NCBI GenBank assembly: GCA_963664825.1
Contig: OY761614.1
Location: forward strand, 2,080,001-2,144,000
Source of the DNA: an uncultured Holophaga sp.
GTDB lineage: Bacteria; Acidobacteriota; Holophagae; Holophagales; Holophagaceae
Reading direction: 5' to 3'
DNA: 64,000 bases
Shown here piece by piece: positions 27,895-37,534 of this stretch. The stretch's first letter is position 1. The number at the start of each line of letters is the position of its first letter. The position numbers and the translations under genes were made by a program. A model generated the notes under the pieces. The model made no database searches, was not told the DNA's origin, and worked only from the letters and a program-made list of their open reading frames with translations.

Positions 27895-29559
27895 ATGATC
27901 CCGGTCTCCCCATTGTCCTCCGCTCTTCTTGCGGCCTCCTGCTTGTTCACGGCTTCCTTGAGCCTGGAGGCCGGGGCGCCCCCTTCCTTCGCCGATAATC
28001 CGATCGTCTACTTCGTGATGACCGATCGTTTCCAGAACGGGAACCCGGCCAACGACCATAGCTACGGGCGCCAGCGCGGCACCACCCCCAAGGAGGATGT
28101 GGGCACCTTCCACGGCGGCGATCTGAAGGGCCTCACCCAGAAGCTCCAGGCCGGCTATTTCAAACAGCTCGGCGTGAACGCCCTCTGGATCACGGCGCCC
28201 TACGAGCAGATCCACGGATGGGTGCAGGGCGGGAACAAGGAGTTCAAGCACTACGCCTACCATGGCTACTACGCCCTCGACTACACGGTGCTTGACCAGA
28301 ACATGGGCACCCCCGAGGAACTGCGGGAGATGGTCGATACCGCCCACACCCAGGGCATCCGCATCCTCTTCGATGTGGTGATGAACCACCCCGGCTATCT
28401 GGATCTCCAGACCGCCTCCGATCTCAAGATCGATGTGTTGTGGAAGGGCTGGGAGAAGGATGGGAATCTCCTGCGGAACTACCACAACTTCATCGACTAC
28501 AACAGCGACAACTGGGACGGGTGGTGGGGCCGTCCCTGGGTGCGCGCGGGCCTGCCGGGCTACATCGACGGGGGCCGCAACGACCAGACCATGCAGCTGG
28601 CCTTCCTGCCCGATTTCAGGACCGAGAGCAAGGAGGCCGTCCAGGTCCCCAAGTTCCTGCGGGAGAAGGTCGGCACGCGGGCCGTGGACCTGCCCGGCAC
28701 CACCGTCCGGGGCTACCTGGTGAAGTGGCTCACGGACTGGGTGCGGGAGTACGGCATTGACGGCTTCCGCTGCGATACGGTCAAGCACGTGGAGCCCGAG
28801 GCCTGGATGACCCTGAAGGGGGAGGGCCTGAAGGCGCTGGCGGAGTGGAAGGCTAAGAATCCCGCCAAGAAGATCGATGATGCCGCCTTTTGGATGGTCG
28901 GCGAATACTGGGGCGCGGGCCCCGAACCCCACAAGATGCTGGGTTCGGGCTTCGACGCCATGATCAATTTCGATTTCCAGGAGCGAGGCAAGTCCTTCGC
29001 CAAGCCTGATGGGCTGTTCAGCGAGTACGCCAAGGCCCAGGCTGGGAAAGCGCCCCATATGCTGAACTACATCTCCTCGCACGATACCAAGCTCTTCGAC
29101 CGGGAGAAGCTCCTGGAAGGGGGCGCGGCCCTGCTCCTGGCCCCCGGCGGCGTCCAGATCTTCTACGGAGACGAAAGCGGTCGGCCCCTGGGTTATACGC
29201 CCAACACGGATCCTCAGCAGGGCACGCGTTCGGACATGAACTGGAATGCCATCGACGAGAAGCTGCTGGCGCACTGGCGCAAGCTGGGTACCTTCCGGGC
29301 CGTCCACCCGGCCCTGGCTCGGGGAGAACATAAGCAGCTGAGCGCGTCTCCCTACGTCTTCAGCCGCATCGACGCTTTCCACGATGACCGCGTGGTGGTG
29401 GCCATGGATGTGAATGGCGAAGTGACACTGAATGTCGCGGGCGTCTTCACCGACGGCCAGGCCCTGCGGGATGCCTACACGGGCCGCAGCGCCGTCGTGG
29501 AGAAGGGGCTCGTGAAACTCCAGGCCGAGCGCTACGTGCTGCTCGAGCGCGCCCGCTGA
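27895..29559 (+). CDS. Periplasmic alpha-amylase (MalS-like catalytic domain, GH13)
   Basis: Signal peptide; VYFVMTDRF, FHGGDLKG, YAYHGYY, VMNHPGY, DGFRCDTVKHVE, VGEYW, SSHDT. Confidence 0.88.
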   Translation: MIPVSPLSSALLAASCLFTASLSLEAGAPPSFADNPIVYFVMTDRFQNGNPANDHSYGRQRGTTPKEDVGTFHGGDLKGLTQKLQAGYFKQLGVNALWITAPYEQIHGWVQGGNKEFKHYAYHGYYALDYTVLDQNMGTPEELREMVDTAHTQGIRILFDVVMNHPGYLDLQTASDLKIDVLWKGWEKDGNLLRNYHNFIDYNSDNWDGWWGRPWVRAGLPGYIDGGRNDQTMQLAFLPDFRTESKEAVQVPKFLREKVGTRAVDLPGTTVRGYLVKWLTDWVREYGIDGFRCDTVKHVEPEAWMTLKGEGLKALAEWKAKNPAKKIDDAAFWMVGEYWGAGPEPHKMLGSGFDAMINFDFQERGKSFAKPDGLFSEYAKAQAGKAPHMLNYISSHDTKLFDREKLLEGGAALLLAPGGVQIFYGDESGRPLGYTPNTDPQQGTRSDMNWNAIDEKLLAHWRKLGTFRAVHPALARGEHKQLSASPYVFSRIDAFHDDRVVVAMDVNGEVTLNVAGVFTDGQALRDAYTGRSAVVEKGLVKLQAERYVLLERAR

Positions 29560-29586
29560 TTAAGCCACCCAACCCGGAGATTACCC

Positions 29587-31224
29587 ATGAGCACCAAGAG
29601 ACTTCCCCAGGTCGCCTACTTCTGCATGGAATACGCCCTTGAAAGCAGCTTCAAGATCTACGCCGGCGGCCTGGGCATCCTCGCCGGGGACTACCTGAAG
29701 GGCGTGAAGGACTATGGCTTCCCCATGGTGGGCATCGGCATCCGCTGGAAGCAGGGCTACGGGGAGCAGTTCATCGAACCCGCCACGGGCAAGGCCTTCG
29801 ATGCCTACAAGAACCAGGCCCATGAATTCCTGGAAGATACAGGCGTCGTGGTGAAGGTGCCCATCAAGGGACGCGATGTGCATGTGAAGGTCTGGCGGGT
29901 GAATTCCCATGGTGTGGATTCCCTCTACCTGCTCGATACCGATATCGAAGAGAACGACGGCGAGGCTCGCTGGATCACGGGCCAGCTCTACGGCTGGTTC
30001 GGCGAGGAGCGGGTGGCCCAGGAGATGGTGCTGGGCATCGGCGGCGTGCGGGCCCTGAAGGCCCTGAAGATCAAGCCCGAGGTCTTTCACTTCAACGAGG
30101 GCCATGCCCTCTTTGCCGGGTTTGAACGGATCCGTGAGCGCATGGCCAGGGGGGCCAGCTTCGAGAGCGCCTGGGCCAAGACCCGGGAGGAGGTGGTCTT
30201 CACCACCCATACGCCCATCGTGCAGGGCAACGAATCCCATCCCATCGAGCGCTTCATCTACATGGGCGCCAATCTGGGGCTCACCCGCACCCAGCTCAAG
30301 CAGCTGGGGGGAAGCCCCTTCAATATGACCGTCGGCGCTCTGCGACTTTCCCGCATCTCCAATGCGGTGGCCGATCTGCACCGGGTGACCGCCAATACGA
30401 TGTGGGCCGGGATCAAGGGGCGCTGCGAGATCATCGGCATCACCAACGCCATCCATACCGGCACCTGGGTGGACCCTCGGATGCTCGAATTGGCCGATGG
30501 CGGCAAGGCCCGCAAGGAGGCCCTCTGGAAGCGCCACCTGGAGAACAAGCGCAAGCTCATCGGTTTCGTGAAGGAACGCACGGGCGTCACCCTGGACCCC
30601 AAGGTGCTCCTCATCGGGTTCTCCCGTCGGGCCGCGCCCTACAAGCGTTCGAACTTCATCTTCACCGAGCGGGCCTTCATCGAGCCCCTCCTGAAGAGCG
30701 GCAAGCTCCAGATCGTCTTCTCCGGGAAGTCCCATCCCCTCGACGATAACGGCAAGGTGATCGTGGAGGACATCGTGGCCATGACCCGGAAGTATCCAGG
30801 CAAGGTGGTCTTCCTGGAGAACTACGATATGGAGATCGGCGCCATGCTCACCCGGGGCTCGGATGTGTGGCTGAACAATCCGCGCCGTCCCAAGGAAGCC
30901 TCGGGCACCTCGGGCATGAAGGCCGCCATGAATGGCGTCCTGAACCTGTCCATTCTGGACGGCTGGTGGCCGGAGGCCTGCCAGCATGGCGTGAACGGAT
31001 GGCAGTTCGGCGATGGCTACGAAAACGCGAAGGAAACCCTGCTGGACAAGCACGACTTCAAGGCCTTCAAGAAGGTCCTCGCCGAAGAGGTCCTGCCCAC
31101 CTACTACGAGCATCCCGGCAGGTGGATCGACATGATGCTGGAATCCATCCGCAGCACCCGGGAAGCCTTTGGCGTCAAGCGCATGCTGGACGAGTACTAC
31201 GGCCGGATGTACATCCGGCAATAG
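29587..31224 (+). CDS. glgP: Alpha-glucan phosphorylase (compact form)
   Basis: AYFCMEY, YAGGLGILAGD, HFNEGH, FTTHTP, ITNAIH, YKR, EASGTSGMK (PLP Lys), LDGWW. Confidence 0.9.
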   Translation: MSTKRLPQVAYFCMEYALESSFKIYAGGLGILAGDYLKGVKDYGFPMVGIGIRWKQGYGEQFIEPATGKAFDAYKNQAHEFLEDTGVVVKVPIKGRDVHVKVWRVNSHGVDSLYLLDTDIEENDGEARWITGQLYGWFGEERVAQEMVLGIGGVRALKALKIKPEVFHFNEGHALFAGFERIRERMARGASFESAWAKTREEVVFTTHTPIVQGNESHPIERFIYMGANLGLTRTQLKQLGGSPFNMTVGALRLSRISNAVADLHRVTANTMWAGIKGRCEIIGITNAIHTGTWVDPRMLELADGGKARKEALWKRHLENKRKLIGFVKERTGVTLDPKVLLIGFSRRAAPYKRSNFIFTERAFIEPLLKSGKLQIVFSGKSHPLDDNGKVIVEDIVAMTRKYPGKVVFLENYDMEIGAMLTRGSDVWLNNPRRPKEASGTSGMKAAMNGVLNLSILDGWWPEACQHGVNGWQFGDGYENAKETLLDKHDFKAFKKVLAEEVLPTYYEHPGRWIDMMLESIRSTREAFGVKRMLDEYYGRMYIRQ

Positions 31225-31229
31225 GATTC

Positions 31230-31447
31230 TCACCGCCAAGAACGCCAAGCATGGACAGTCCTCGACAGGGGGGATGGCACTCTCTTAGTGCGCTTCGAAG
31301 TGATCCCCTACATCCTCTTTCATCCTCGTTCAGGGCGTATTTGAACAGGGATGAGGGGGATGTGGTCTTCAGGGCCCGCGGCTTCTCCAGCAGGTTTTAT
31401 ATCCCTGTGAGCGTCACGCCTCCCGTCCCTTTGCGTTCTCAGCGTTC
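31230..31447. repeat. Mosaic of decayed REP-like inverted repeats
   Basis: Arm caccgccaagaacgccaag near 31231; hairpin catcctctttcatcctcgttca / tgaacagggatgagggggatg 31311-31362; partial arm cgtccctttgcgttctcagcgttc. Confidence 0.55.
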
Positions 31448-31560
31448 GCGTTCTTCTTTTTCCATCAGCGTCTGAGGCACCAGATATCTAGGGCGATGGC
31501 TGGGCCCATGAGGGTGACGAGGATGAAGAAGCCTCCGGTGAGGACGCGTTCCTTCATCTG
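31448..31560 (-). pseudogene. 113-bp degenerate duplicate of the rseP 3' end
   Basis: Matches 31669-31781 with 5 mismatches; reads QMKERVLTGGFFILVTLMGPAIALDIWCLRR* against QMKERILTGGFFILVTLMGLAIALDIWRLRR* in the gene. Confidence 0.9.
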
Positions 31561-31570
31561 ATCAGGAAAG

Positions 31571-31674
31571 GAACGAGCGCGAAGGCCGCGAAGGGGGCCG
31601 AGAGCGCGAAGAAATGAAGACAGCCAAGGCATTCCTGTTCGCGTCCCTTCGCTTCCTTAGCGCTCTTAGCGTTC
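31571..31674. repeat. REP-like imperfect inverted repeat between the two rseP 3' ends
   Basis: gaacgagcgcgaaggccgcgaaggg ... cccttcgcttccttagcgctcttagcgttc. Confidence 0.65.
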
Positions 31675-31685
31675 TTCTTTTTCCA

Positions 31686-32810
31686 TCAGCGTCTGAGGCG
31701 CCAGATATCCAGGGCGATGGCCAGGCCCATGAGGGTGACGAGGATGAAGAAGCCTCCGGTGAGGATGCGTTCCTTCATCTGGATGGAGAAGTCCTTCCGG
31801 CGCAGCTTCTCGGCGCAGAGGATGGCCATGTGTCCACCGTCCAGGACTGGGATGGGCAGGGCATTGAGCACCGCCAGGTTCACGGAGAGGAGGGCGCAGA
31901 GCAGGATGAAGCGCTCCCAGCCCGCCTTGGCCGCGTCGCTGCCCGCCCTGGCGATGGTGACGATGCCGCCCACCTGCTTGAAGCTGGTCCTGCAGGACAC
32001 CAGCTGCCAGAGGCCCTGGACCACCTGGATGCCCATGCTGCCGGTGACCAGTGCGCCTCCCAACGTGCCCCGGCCCAGATCCCGGAGGGTGATGGGGCGG
32101 CGTTCGAAGATCACCTTGGAAGGGCTGAAGGCGATGCCGATCCTGCCGACGCCATTCTCGTTCGCGGGAGTCACCGTCAGGTCGAGGAGCTTGCCGCCAC
32201 GGTCGATGCGGAGGGACAGGGGCTGTCCGGGATGCTTCTGGATGTAGGCCGTGGTTTCACTGGCCTCGCTGCCCGGGAAGCGCAGCTGGTCCATGGCCTG
32301 GATCTGGTCGCCGGACTGGAGGCCTGCCCGGGCCGCGGGGCTGCTGGGCATGACTTCGGCAACGGCCAGGGGGGAGGGCACGGGATGGACGGTGGCCCGG
32401 GATTGGTCCACCCCCAGGATGCAGAGGAGCACCAGGGCCGTGGCGATATTGGCCAGGATGCCCCCGGAGTAGAAGAGCATCCGCTTACCGAAGGGCTGCT
32501 GGAGGAAGCCGTGGGGGTCTTCGGCATCGGGCTCCTCGGGGTTGTAGCCCGCCAGCTTCACGTAGCCGCCCAGGGGCAGGATGGAGAGGCGCACATCGGT
32601 CTCCCGCCACCGGAAGCCCACCAGACGCTGGCCGAAACCCAGGGAAAAGACATCCACGGGCATGCCCATCCACTTGGCCATGAGGAAATGACCCAGCTCA
32701 TGCAGGAAGATCAGCCCGGCGATCATGATGATCGCGCCCAGGATCCCCACGGCCCTGGGGGATAGCGCGATAAGGGCGAGGGCCGGGGTGGCATAGAGAA
32801 AACGCTTCAT
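31686..32810 (-). CDS. rseP: RIP metalloprotease RseP (site-2 protease, M50, PDZ)
   Basis: AAGGA RBS before ATG 32810; HELGH, FSLGFG, LPLGGYV, PDZ (SPAARAGL), NALPIPVLDGGH. Confidence 0.93.
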   Translation of the reverse strand: MKRFLYATPALALIALSPRAVGILGAIIMIAGLIFLHELGHFLMAKWMGMPVDVFSLGFGQRLVGFRWRETDVRLSILPLGGYVKLAGYNPEEPDAEDPHGFLQQPFGKRMLFYSGGILANIATALVLLCILGVDQSRATVHPVPSPLAVAEVMPSSPAARAGLQSGDQIQAMDQLRFPGSEASETTAYIQKHPGQPLSLRIDRGGKLLDLTVTPANENGVGRIGIAFSPSKVIFERRPITLRDLGRGTLGGALVTGSMGIQVVQGLWQLVSCRTSFKQVGGIVTIARAGSDAAKAGWERFILLCALLSVNLAVLNALPIPVLDGGHMAILCAEKLRRKDFSIQMKERILTGGFFILVTLMGLAIALDIWRLRR

Positions 32811-32917
32811 GCGGGTCCTTGAAAACAAGAGGCCCACCGGAGCAGCGGCGGGCGATGGGACAAGGATATCAGGAGGGGGCGGCGTCTTTGGCCGGAAGAG
32901 TCCCAGGCCCCTTGGGG

Positions 32918-32950
32918 GACCGTTCAACCGGCCTGGGAGCCGTTCATCCG
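32918..32950 (+). promoter_or_regulatory. Putative LytTR-binding direct repeat
   Basis: ccgttcaaccg (32920) and ccgttcatccg (32940) upstream of the LytS kinase gene. Confidence 0.55.
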
Positions 32951-33024
32951 TGCGCCTCTCGCCCGGGGTCCAGGTTTCTTCCACGCTTGGACTTGCGCGG
33001 AATGCGCCCTAGCCTGGAGCAACC

Positions 33025-34056
33025 ATGACCTCGGATCCCTTCGCCTCGACCAGTGTCTCCCAGCGGGTGCGGTGGCTCACCCTCATGGCCCCCTTGATGG
33101 GAGTTCTCTGCGCGGTGGCCACGGGACAATTCGTGAGTACGGTGCTCGGCGACCACCACTGGGGAGCCCTCGGAAGACCCCGTTGGGCTGCTCATTCCGG
33201 AGCCGTCGGTTTGGTTGTGGCGCTAGGTCTGAGCCTTGTCGGCCTGGGGGCCGCACGCTTCACGTCCTGGTGGGTGGCTCGAGTCCCCACCATGGCCCGG
33301 GACCATTTCCGGGGCTGGTATTTCTGGAGCGCCCTGGTGGGCATCCCCGTGGGTTTGGCGCTGGGACATATGATGGTCTGGCTCACCCACGTCCAGCGCG
33401 TTCCGGCCTCGGCTGTGAACATGGCCCTGCTGGGCACCGTGGCCACGGTGATGACTTCCGGGATGATCGGCTACTACCGCCTGGAGAGCCTCGCCCGCAC
33501 CCAGCGAGGGCTTCTGCTCCAGAGCCAATTGGCCCCCCACTTCCTCTTCAATAGCCTCAGCACCCTGAAGGGGCAGATCGCCGACGAGCCCCTGGAGGCC
33601 CAGGTCACGGCGGATCGCCTCTCCCGTCTCTTCCGGGAACTCATGGATATGGGTGGCCAGGCCTTCATTCCGCTCTCCCGGGAACTGGCCTTCGTGGAGG
33701 CCTATCTCGGCCTGGAGAAGGCCCGGCTCGGAGACCGTCTCCAGGTGCGGATCGAAGTGCCGGAGGAACTGGAGAGCTTTCCCGTACCGCCCCTCAGCCT
33801 GCAGGTGCTGGTGGAGAATGCTGTTCGTCATGCCCTCGCACCCCGGATCGAGGGCGGTCTGCTCAGCATTCGCGCCAGCTTCGTGCCGGCCGGGCTGCAG
33901 CTGGTGGTGGGAGATCCGGGCACCGGCCAGTCGCCCAATCCAGGCACCGGCCGCGGCCTCCAGGTTCTGCGGGCGCGGCTGACACGGCCCTCGGATCTCA
34001 CCTTCGAGAGGCTTCCCGCGGGGCATCAAGCCACGCTGCTCTTGAGGAAGGCATGA
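33025..34056 (+). CDS. LytS/YehU-family sensor histidine kinase
   Basis: About 4 TM segments; QLAPHFLFNSL, ELAFVEAYLGLE, LQVLVENAVRH. Confidence 0.9.
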   Translation: MTSDPFASTSVSQRVRWLTLMAPLMGVLCAVATGQFVSTVLGDHHWGALGRPRWAAHSGAVGLVVALGLSLVGLGAARFTSWWVARVPTMARDHFRGWYFWSALVGIPVGLALGHMMVWLTHVQRVPASAVNMALLGTVATVMTSGMIGYYRLESLARTQRGLLLQSQLAPHFLFNSLSTLKGQIADEPLEAQVTADRLSRLFRELMDMGGQAFIPLSRELAFVEAYLGLEKARLGDRLQVRIEVPEELESFPVPPLSLQVLVENAVRHALAPRIEGGLLSIRASFVPAGLQLVVGDPGTGQSPNPGTGRGLQVLRARLTRPSDLTFERLPAGHQATLLLRKA

Positions 34057-34748
34057 TCCGCATCGTCGTAGCTGAAGACGAACCCGCCAGTCGCCGACTG
34101 CTGGTGGGCTACCTGCGGGAGCTGCCGGGCGTGGAGGTTATCGGCGAGGTGGGGCACGGCGCCGAGGCCCTTGATCTCGCGGCCAGGCTCCATCCGGATG
34201 CCCTCTTTCTGGATATCGAGATGCCGGGTCTTTCTGGGATGGCGCTGGCCGCGGCTCTCCCTGATCCGAAGCCGCGCCTAGTCTTCGTGACGGCCTATGC
34301 CCAGCACGCCGTGGAGGCCTTCCGCCTGGGGACCGCCCACTACCTGCTCAAACCCGTATCCCGAGTGGATGTGGCCCAGGCGATTGCGCGGCTCTATCCC
34401 CAGGAAGCCTCCGTGCGTGGCGAGTGGCTGCGCATTCCCGTCCGGGAGCGCCATGGACTGCGCATGCTCCTTCCTGAAGATGTGGAGGCGCTGATTGCGG
34501 ATTTGGGGGATTGCCAGGCTCTCACGCCGGAGGGGAAACTGCGGGTGGAAGGCACGCTGGCCCAGTGGGAGGAACGCCTCCAACCCGTCGGGTTCTTCCG
34601 CATCCACCGCAACGCCTTGGTGCGTCTGGGGGCCGTGAAGGCATTGACCGAAGGCGACGAGGTGATCCTGCCCTCGGGCACGCTCTCCCTCAGCCGCCGT
34701 CGGCGCGAATCCCTGGCGCGGGCCCTGGGCTTTCATCTTCAGCGATAG
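34053..34748 (+). CDS. LytTR family response regulator
   Basis: AEDEP, FLDIEMPG, FVTAY, YLLKP, FFRIHRNALV; ATGA overlap with the kinase. Confidence 0.92.
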   Translation: MIRIVVAEDEPASRRLLVGYLRELPGVEVIGEVGHGAEALDLAARLHPDALFLDIEMPGLSGMALAAALPDPKPRLVFVTAYAQHAVEAFRLGTAHYLLKPVSRVDVAQAIARLYPQEASVRGEWLRIPVRERHGLRMLLPEDVEALIADLGDCQALTPEGKLRVEGTLAQWEERLQPVGFFRIHRNALVRLGAVKALTEGDEVILPSGTLSLSRRRRESLARALGFHLQR

Positions 34749-34762
34749 ACGCCCTTCTCGGT

Positions 34763-35932
34763 TCAGGACGGGTGACGCCCCAACCACTCCCTCGCTACTT
34801 CCCTGGCCCTACCATCCACGTTCATCACCTGTTCCAGATTCTGGGCCTCCTCGCTGGGCAGGGTGGCCAGGGTCTCGGCATTGCAGGCCTGGATATCCCA
34901 GAAGCCGATGCGGCCCGCCAGGAAGGCCGCGACGGCCTCTTCGTTGGCGGCGTTGAGGATGGTGGGGGCCGTGCCGCCGATGCGAAGCGCCTCGTAGGCC
35001 AGGGCCAGGCAGGGGAAGCGATCCAGATCCGGGGCCTCGAAGGTCCAGGCTCGGCTGGTCTCCCAGTCGTAGGGGGGCACGGGGCCGGGCATGCGGTCGG
35101 GCCAGAGTAGGGCGTACTGGATGGGCAGCTTCATGTCATTGACGCACACCTGGAGCTGGTAGCTGCCGTCGGTGAAGCCCGCCATGGCGTGGACCTGGCT
35201 CTGGGGATGGACCGTCACCTGGATCTGGTCGGGGGTGAGTCCGAAGAGGACGGCGGCTTCGATGACCTCCAGCCCCTTGTTCATGAGGGTGGCGCTATCG
35301 ATGGTGATCTTGGGACCCATCTTCCAGGTGGGATGATTGAGGGCCTCCTCCACCGTGGCCGCCCGTATGCGCGCCAGGGGCCATTCCCGGAAGGGGCCTC
35401 CGCTGGCGGTGATGCGGATCTCCCGGATGGTACCTCCGGGCCGTCCCGCCAGGAGCTGATGCAGGGCCGCGTGTTCGGAATCGATGGGCAGGAGTTCGCC
35501 CTGGCCTTCCCGCAGGGCCTTCAGCATCAGGGCGCCGCCCACCACCAGCGACTCCTTGTTGGCCACGCAGGCGCGCTTGTCCGCCCTCAATGCCGCCTCG
35601 GTGCTGGCCAGGCCCGCCGCCCCCACCACGGCCGCCACCACCGTATCGGCCTCCGGGTGGAGGGCGCAGGCCATCAGGCCTTCGGCGCCGTAGTGGATCT
35701 CAGGCTTATAGTCCAGGCGGGAGCCCAGCCAGGCCGCATCCTTGGCGAGGGCCAGGGAGACGAGTTCGGGCCGGTAGCGCTCGCACTGTTTGAGCGCCAG
35801 TTCCCGATTGCGTCCTGCCGCCAGGGCCACCACGGCTAGGCGCTCGGGATGGGCGTCCACCACCTCCAGGGTGGAGGTGCCGATGGAGCCCGTGGCCCCA
35901 AGGATCGCCAGGCGCCGGGGCAGCTTCTCCAT
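34763..35932 (-). CDS. dxr: 1-deoxy-D-xylulose-5-phosphate reductoisomerase
   Basis: LGATGSIG, ANKESLV, PIDSEH, TASGGPF, HPTWKMGPKITIDSATLMNKGLE. Confidence 0.97.
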   Translation of the reverse strand: MEKLPRRLAILGATGSIGTSTLEVVDAHPERLAVVALAAGRNRELALKQCERYRPELVSLALAKDAAWLGSRLDYKPEIHYGAEGLMACALHPEADTVVAAVVGAAGLASTEAALRADKRACVANKESLVVGGALMLKALREGQGELLPIDSEHAALHQLLAGRPGGTIREIRITASGGPFREWPLARIRAATVEEALNHPTWKMGPKITIDSATLMNKGLEVIEAAVLFGLTPDQIQVTVHPQSQVHAMAGFTDGSYQLQVCVNDMKLPIQYALLWPDRMPGPVPPYDWETSRAWTFEAPDLDRFPCLALAYEALRIGGTAPTILNAANEEAVAAFLAGRIGFWDIQACNAETLATLPSEEAQNLEQVMNVDGRAREVAREWLGRHPS

Positions 35933-36834
35933 CAGTTCAGCCCATGGACGAAGTGCACGTAGGCGTAGAGGGCCGGGGCGGCGTAGACGAGGCTATCGAC
36001 CCGGTCCAGGATGCCGCCGTGGCCGGGGATGGAGATGCCGATATTGGAATCCTTCACCCCTGCGCTGCGCTTCCAGGTGCTCTCCACCAGATCCCCCAGC
36101 TGGCCCACGAGGCCCAGCAGCAGGGCGATGGCGAGGGTATCCACCAGGCTCCACTGGGTGCAGACCCAGGTCCGGATGATGAAGGCACCCCCCACATTGC
36201 CCAGCACATTGCCCAGGGCGCCCTCCCAGCTCTTCTTGGGGCTCACCTTGGGGGCCAGCTTGTGCTTGCCGCAGGCGCTGCCCAGGAAGTAGGCGCCGGT
36301 GTCGCCGAACCACACGATGAGGAAGAGGGCCAGGATGAGCCGCGCGCCGGTATTGGGCAGGGTGGTGTCGTTGTACATGAAGAGCTTCACCATGAAGCCC
36401 GTGCCCAGGCCCATGTAGAGGGCCGACATCCAGGTGATGGCCTGGCTGGAGAGGGCGTTTTCCAGCGGATCCTTGCTGAAGAGCAGGGCCCCGAAGTGGA
36501 TGAGGATGCCGCCTCCGGCCAGCACCAGCCAGAGGGGCAGGGGCTCCGCAGCCCTCAAGGCCTCTCCCCCGGAGAGGTAGAAGTGCAGCAGGAAGCCCAG
36601 TCCCACCAGCGTTCCGCCCAGGATGGAGGGATGGTGGCCCACCTTGCGGGCGATGAGGCACATCTCCCGGACCCCCATGAAGAGGGCCAGGGCCATGAAG
36701 AGCAGCCAAGTGAGCTTGGCCCAGGGGCGTTCGCCGAAATAGAGCAGGGAGAAAAATAGGACGCCGAAGATCGCGGCTGTGCCCACGCGGAGGGCCAAAT
36801 TGCCTTTGTCGAAGCGGTGCGGGGCAGTGCTCAT
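35932..36834 (-). CDS. cdsA: Phosphatidate cytidylyltransferase
   Basis: Multi-TM; DTGAY, SPKKSWEG, GDLVES..KR..GVKDS, IPGHGGILDRVDS. Confidence 0.93.
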   Translation of the reverse strand: MSTAPHRFDKGNLALRVGTAAIFGVLFFSLLYFGERPWAKLTWLLFMALALFMGVREMCLIARKVGHHPSILGGTLVGLGFLLHFYLSGGEALRAAEPLPLWLVLAGGGILIHFGALLFSKDPLENALSSQAITWMSALYMGLGTGFMVKLFMYNDTTLPNTGARLILALFLIVWFGDTGAYFLGSACGKHKLAPKVSPKKSWEGALGNVLGNVGGAFIIRTWVCTQWSLVDTLAIALLLGLVGQLGDLVESTWKRSAGVKDSNIGISIPGHGGILDRVDSLVYAAPALYAYVHFVHGLN

Positions 36835-36847
36835 GGGTCTCCTTGGT

Positions 36848-37534
36848 TCAGATCCCGCCGAAGCGGCGCTCGCGGACGGCATAGGCGGCCAGGGCCTCCC
36901 GCAGCTGGGGGCCGCGGAAGTCGGGCCAGAGGCATTCGGTGACGTAGAACTCGGCGTAGGCGGCCTGCCAGAGCAGGAAATTGGAGATGCGCATTTCCCC
37001 TGAGGTGCGGATGAGCAGGTCCACCTCGGGCGCATCCGCCGTCCAGAGGCGGGCCTGGAGGGCCTCCTCGGTCACTTCCTCGGCACGCAACCCGTCCTCG
37101 ATGCATCGTTGCGCCGCATGAGTGATCTCCAAGCGGCTGCCGTAATTGACCGCCAGGTGGAAGGTCATGCCCGTATGGGCGGCCGTGGAGGCTTCCAGCG
37201 CGCGGAGATCCCGCTGGATGCCTGCGGGCAGGCCTTCGAGGGCGCCCAGATGATGGAAGCGGATGTTCTTCTTTTGCAGCTTGGGCAGGAACATCCGGAG
37301 GTACATCCGCAGGAGGGCCATGAGTCCGGCCACCTCCAGGCTCGGCCGCTTCCAGTTCTCGGTGCTGAAGGCATAGAGTGACAGGTGCTGAATGCCCGCC
37401 TCCGCAGCGGCGTCCAACACCTCCTCCACGGCCCGCACGCCCTCCTTGTGCCCCTTGATTCGGGTCCAACCCCGCTGAGCCGCCCAGCGCCCGTTCCCGT
37501 CCATAATAATGGCTACGTGATTCGGCGCGCTCAT
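36848..37534 (-). CDS. uppS: Undecaprenyl diphosphate synthase
   Basis: PNHVAIIMDGNGRWA, YAFSTENWKR, VNYGSR, DLLIRTSGEMRISNFLLWQ, RERRFGG. Confidence 0.97.
   Translation of the reverse strand: MSAPNHVAIIMDGNGRWAAQRGWTRIKGHKEGVRAVEEVLDAAAEAGIQHLSLYAFSTENWKRPSLEVAGLMALLRMYLRMFLPKLQKKNIRFHHLGALEGLPAGIQRDLRALEASTAAHTGMTFHLAVNYGSRLEITHAAQRCIEDGLRAEEVTEEALQARLWTADAPEVDLLIRTSGEMRISNFLLWQAAYAEFYVTECLWPDFRGPQLREALAAYAVRERRFGGI

Noticed and set aside
31448..31781. Template/variable repeat pair of a diversity-generating retroelement
   Set aside because: Mismatches are mixed transitions, not adenine-specific on either strand, and no reverse transcriptase is present.
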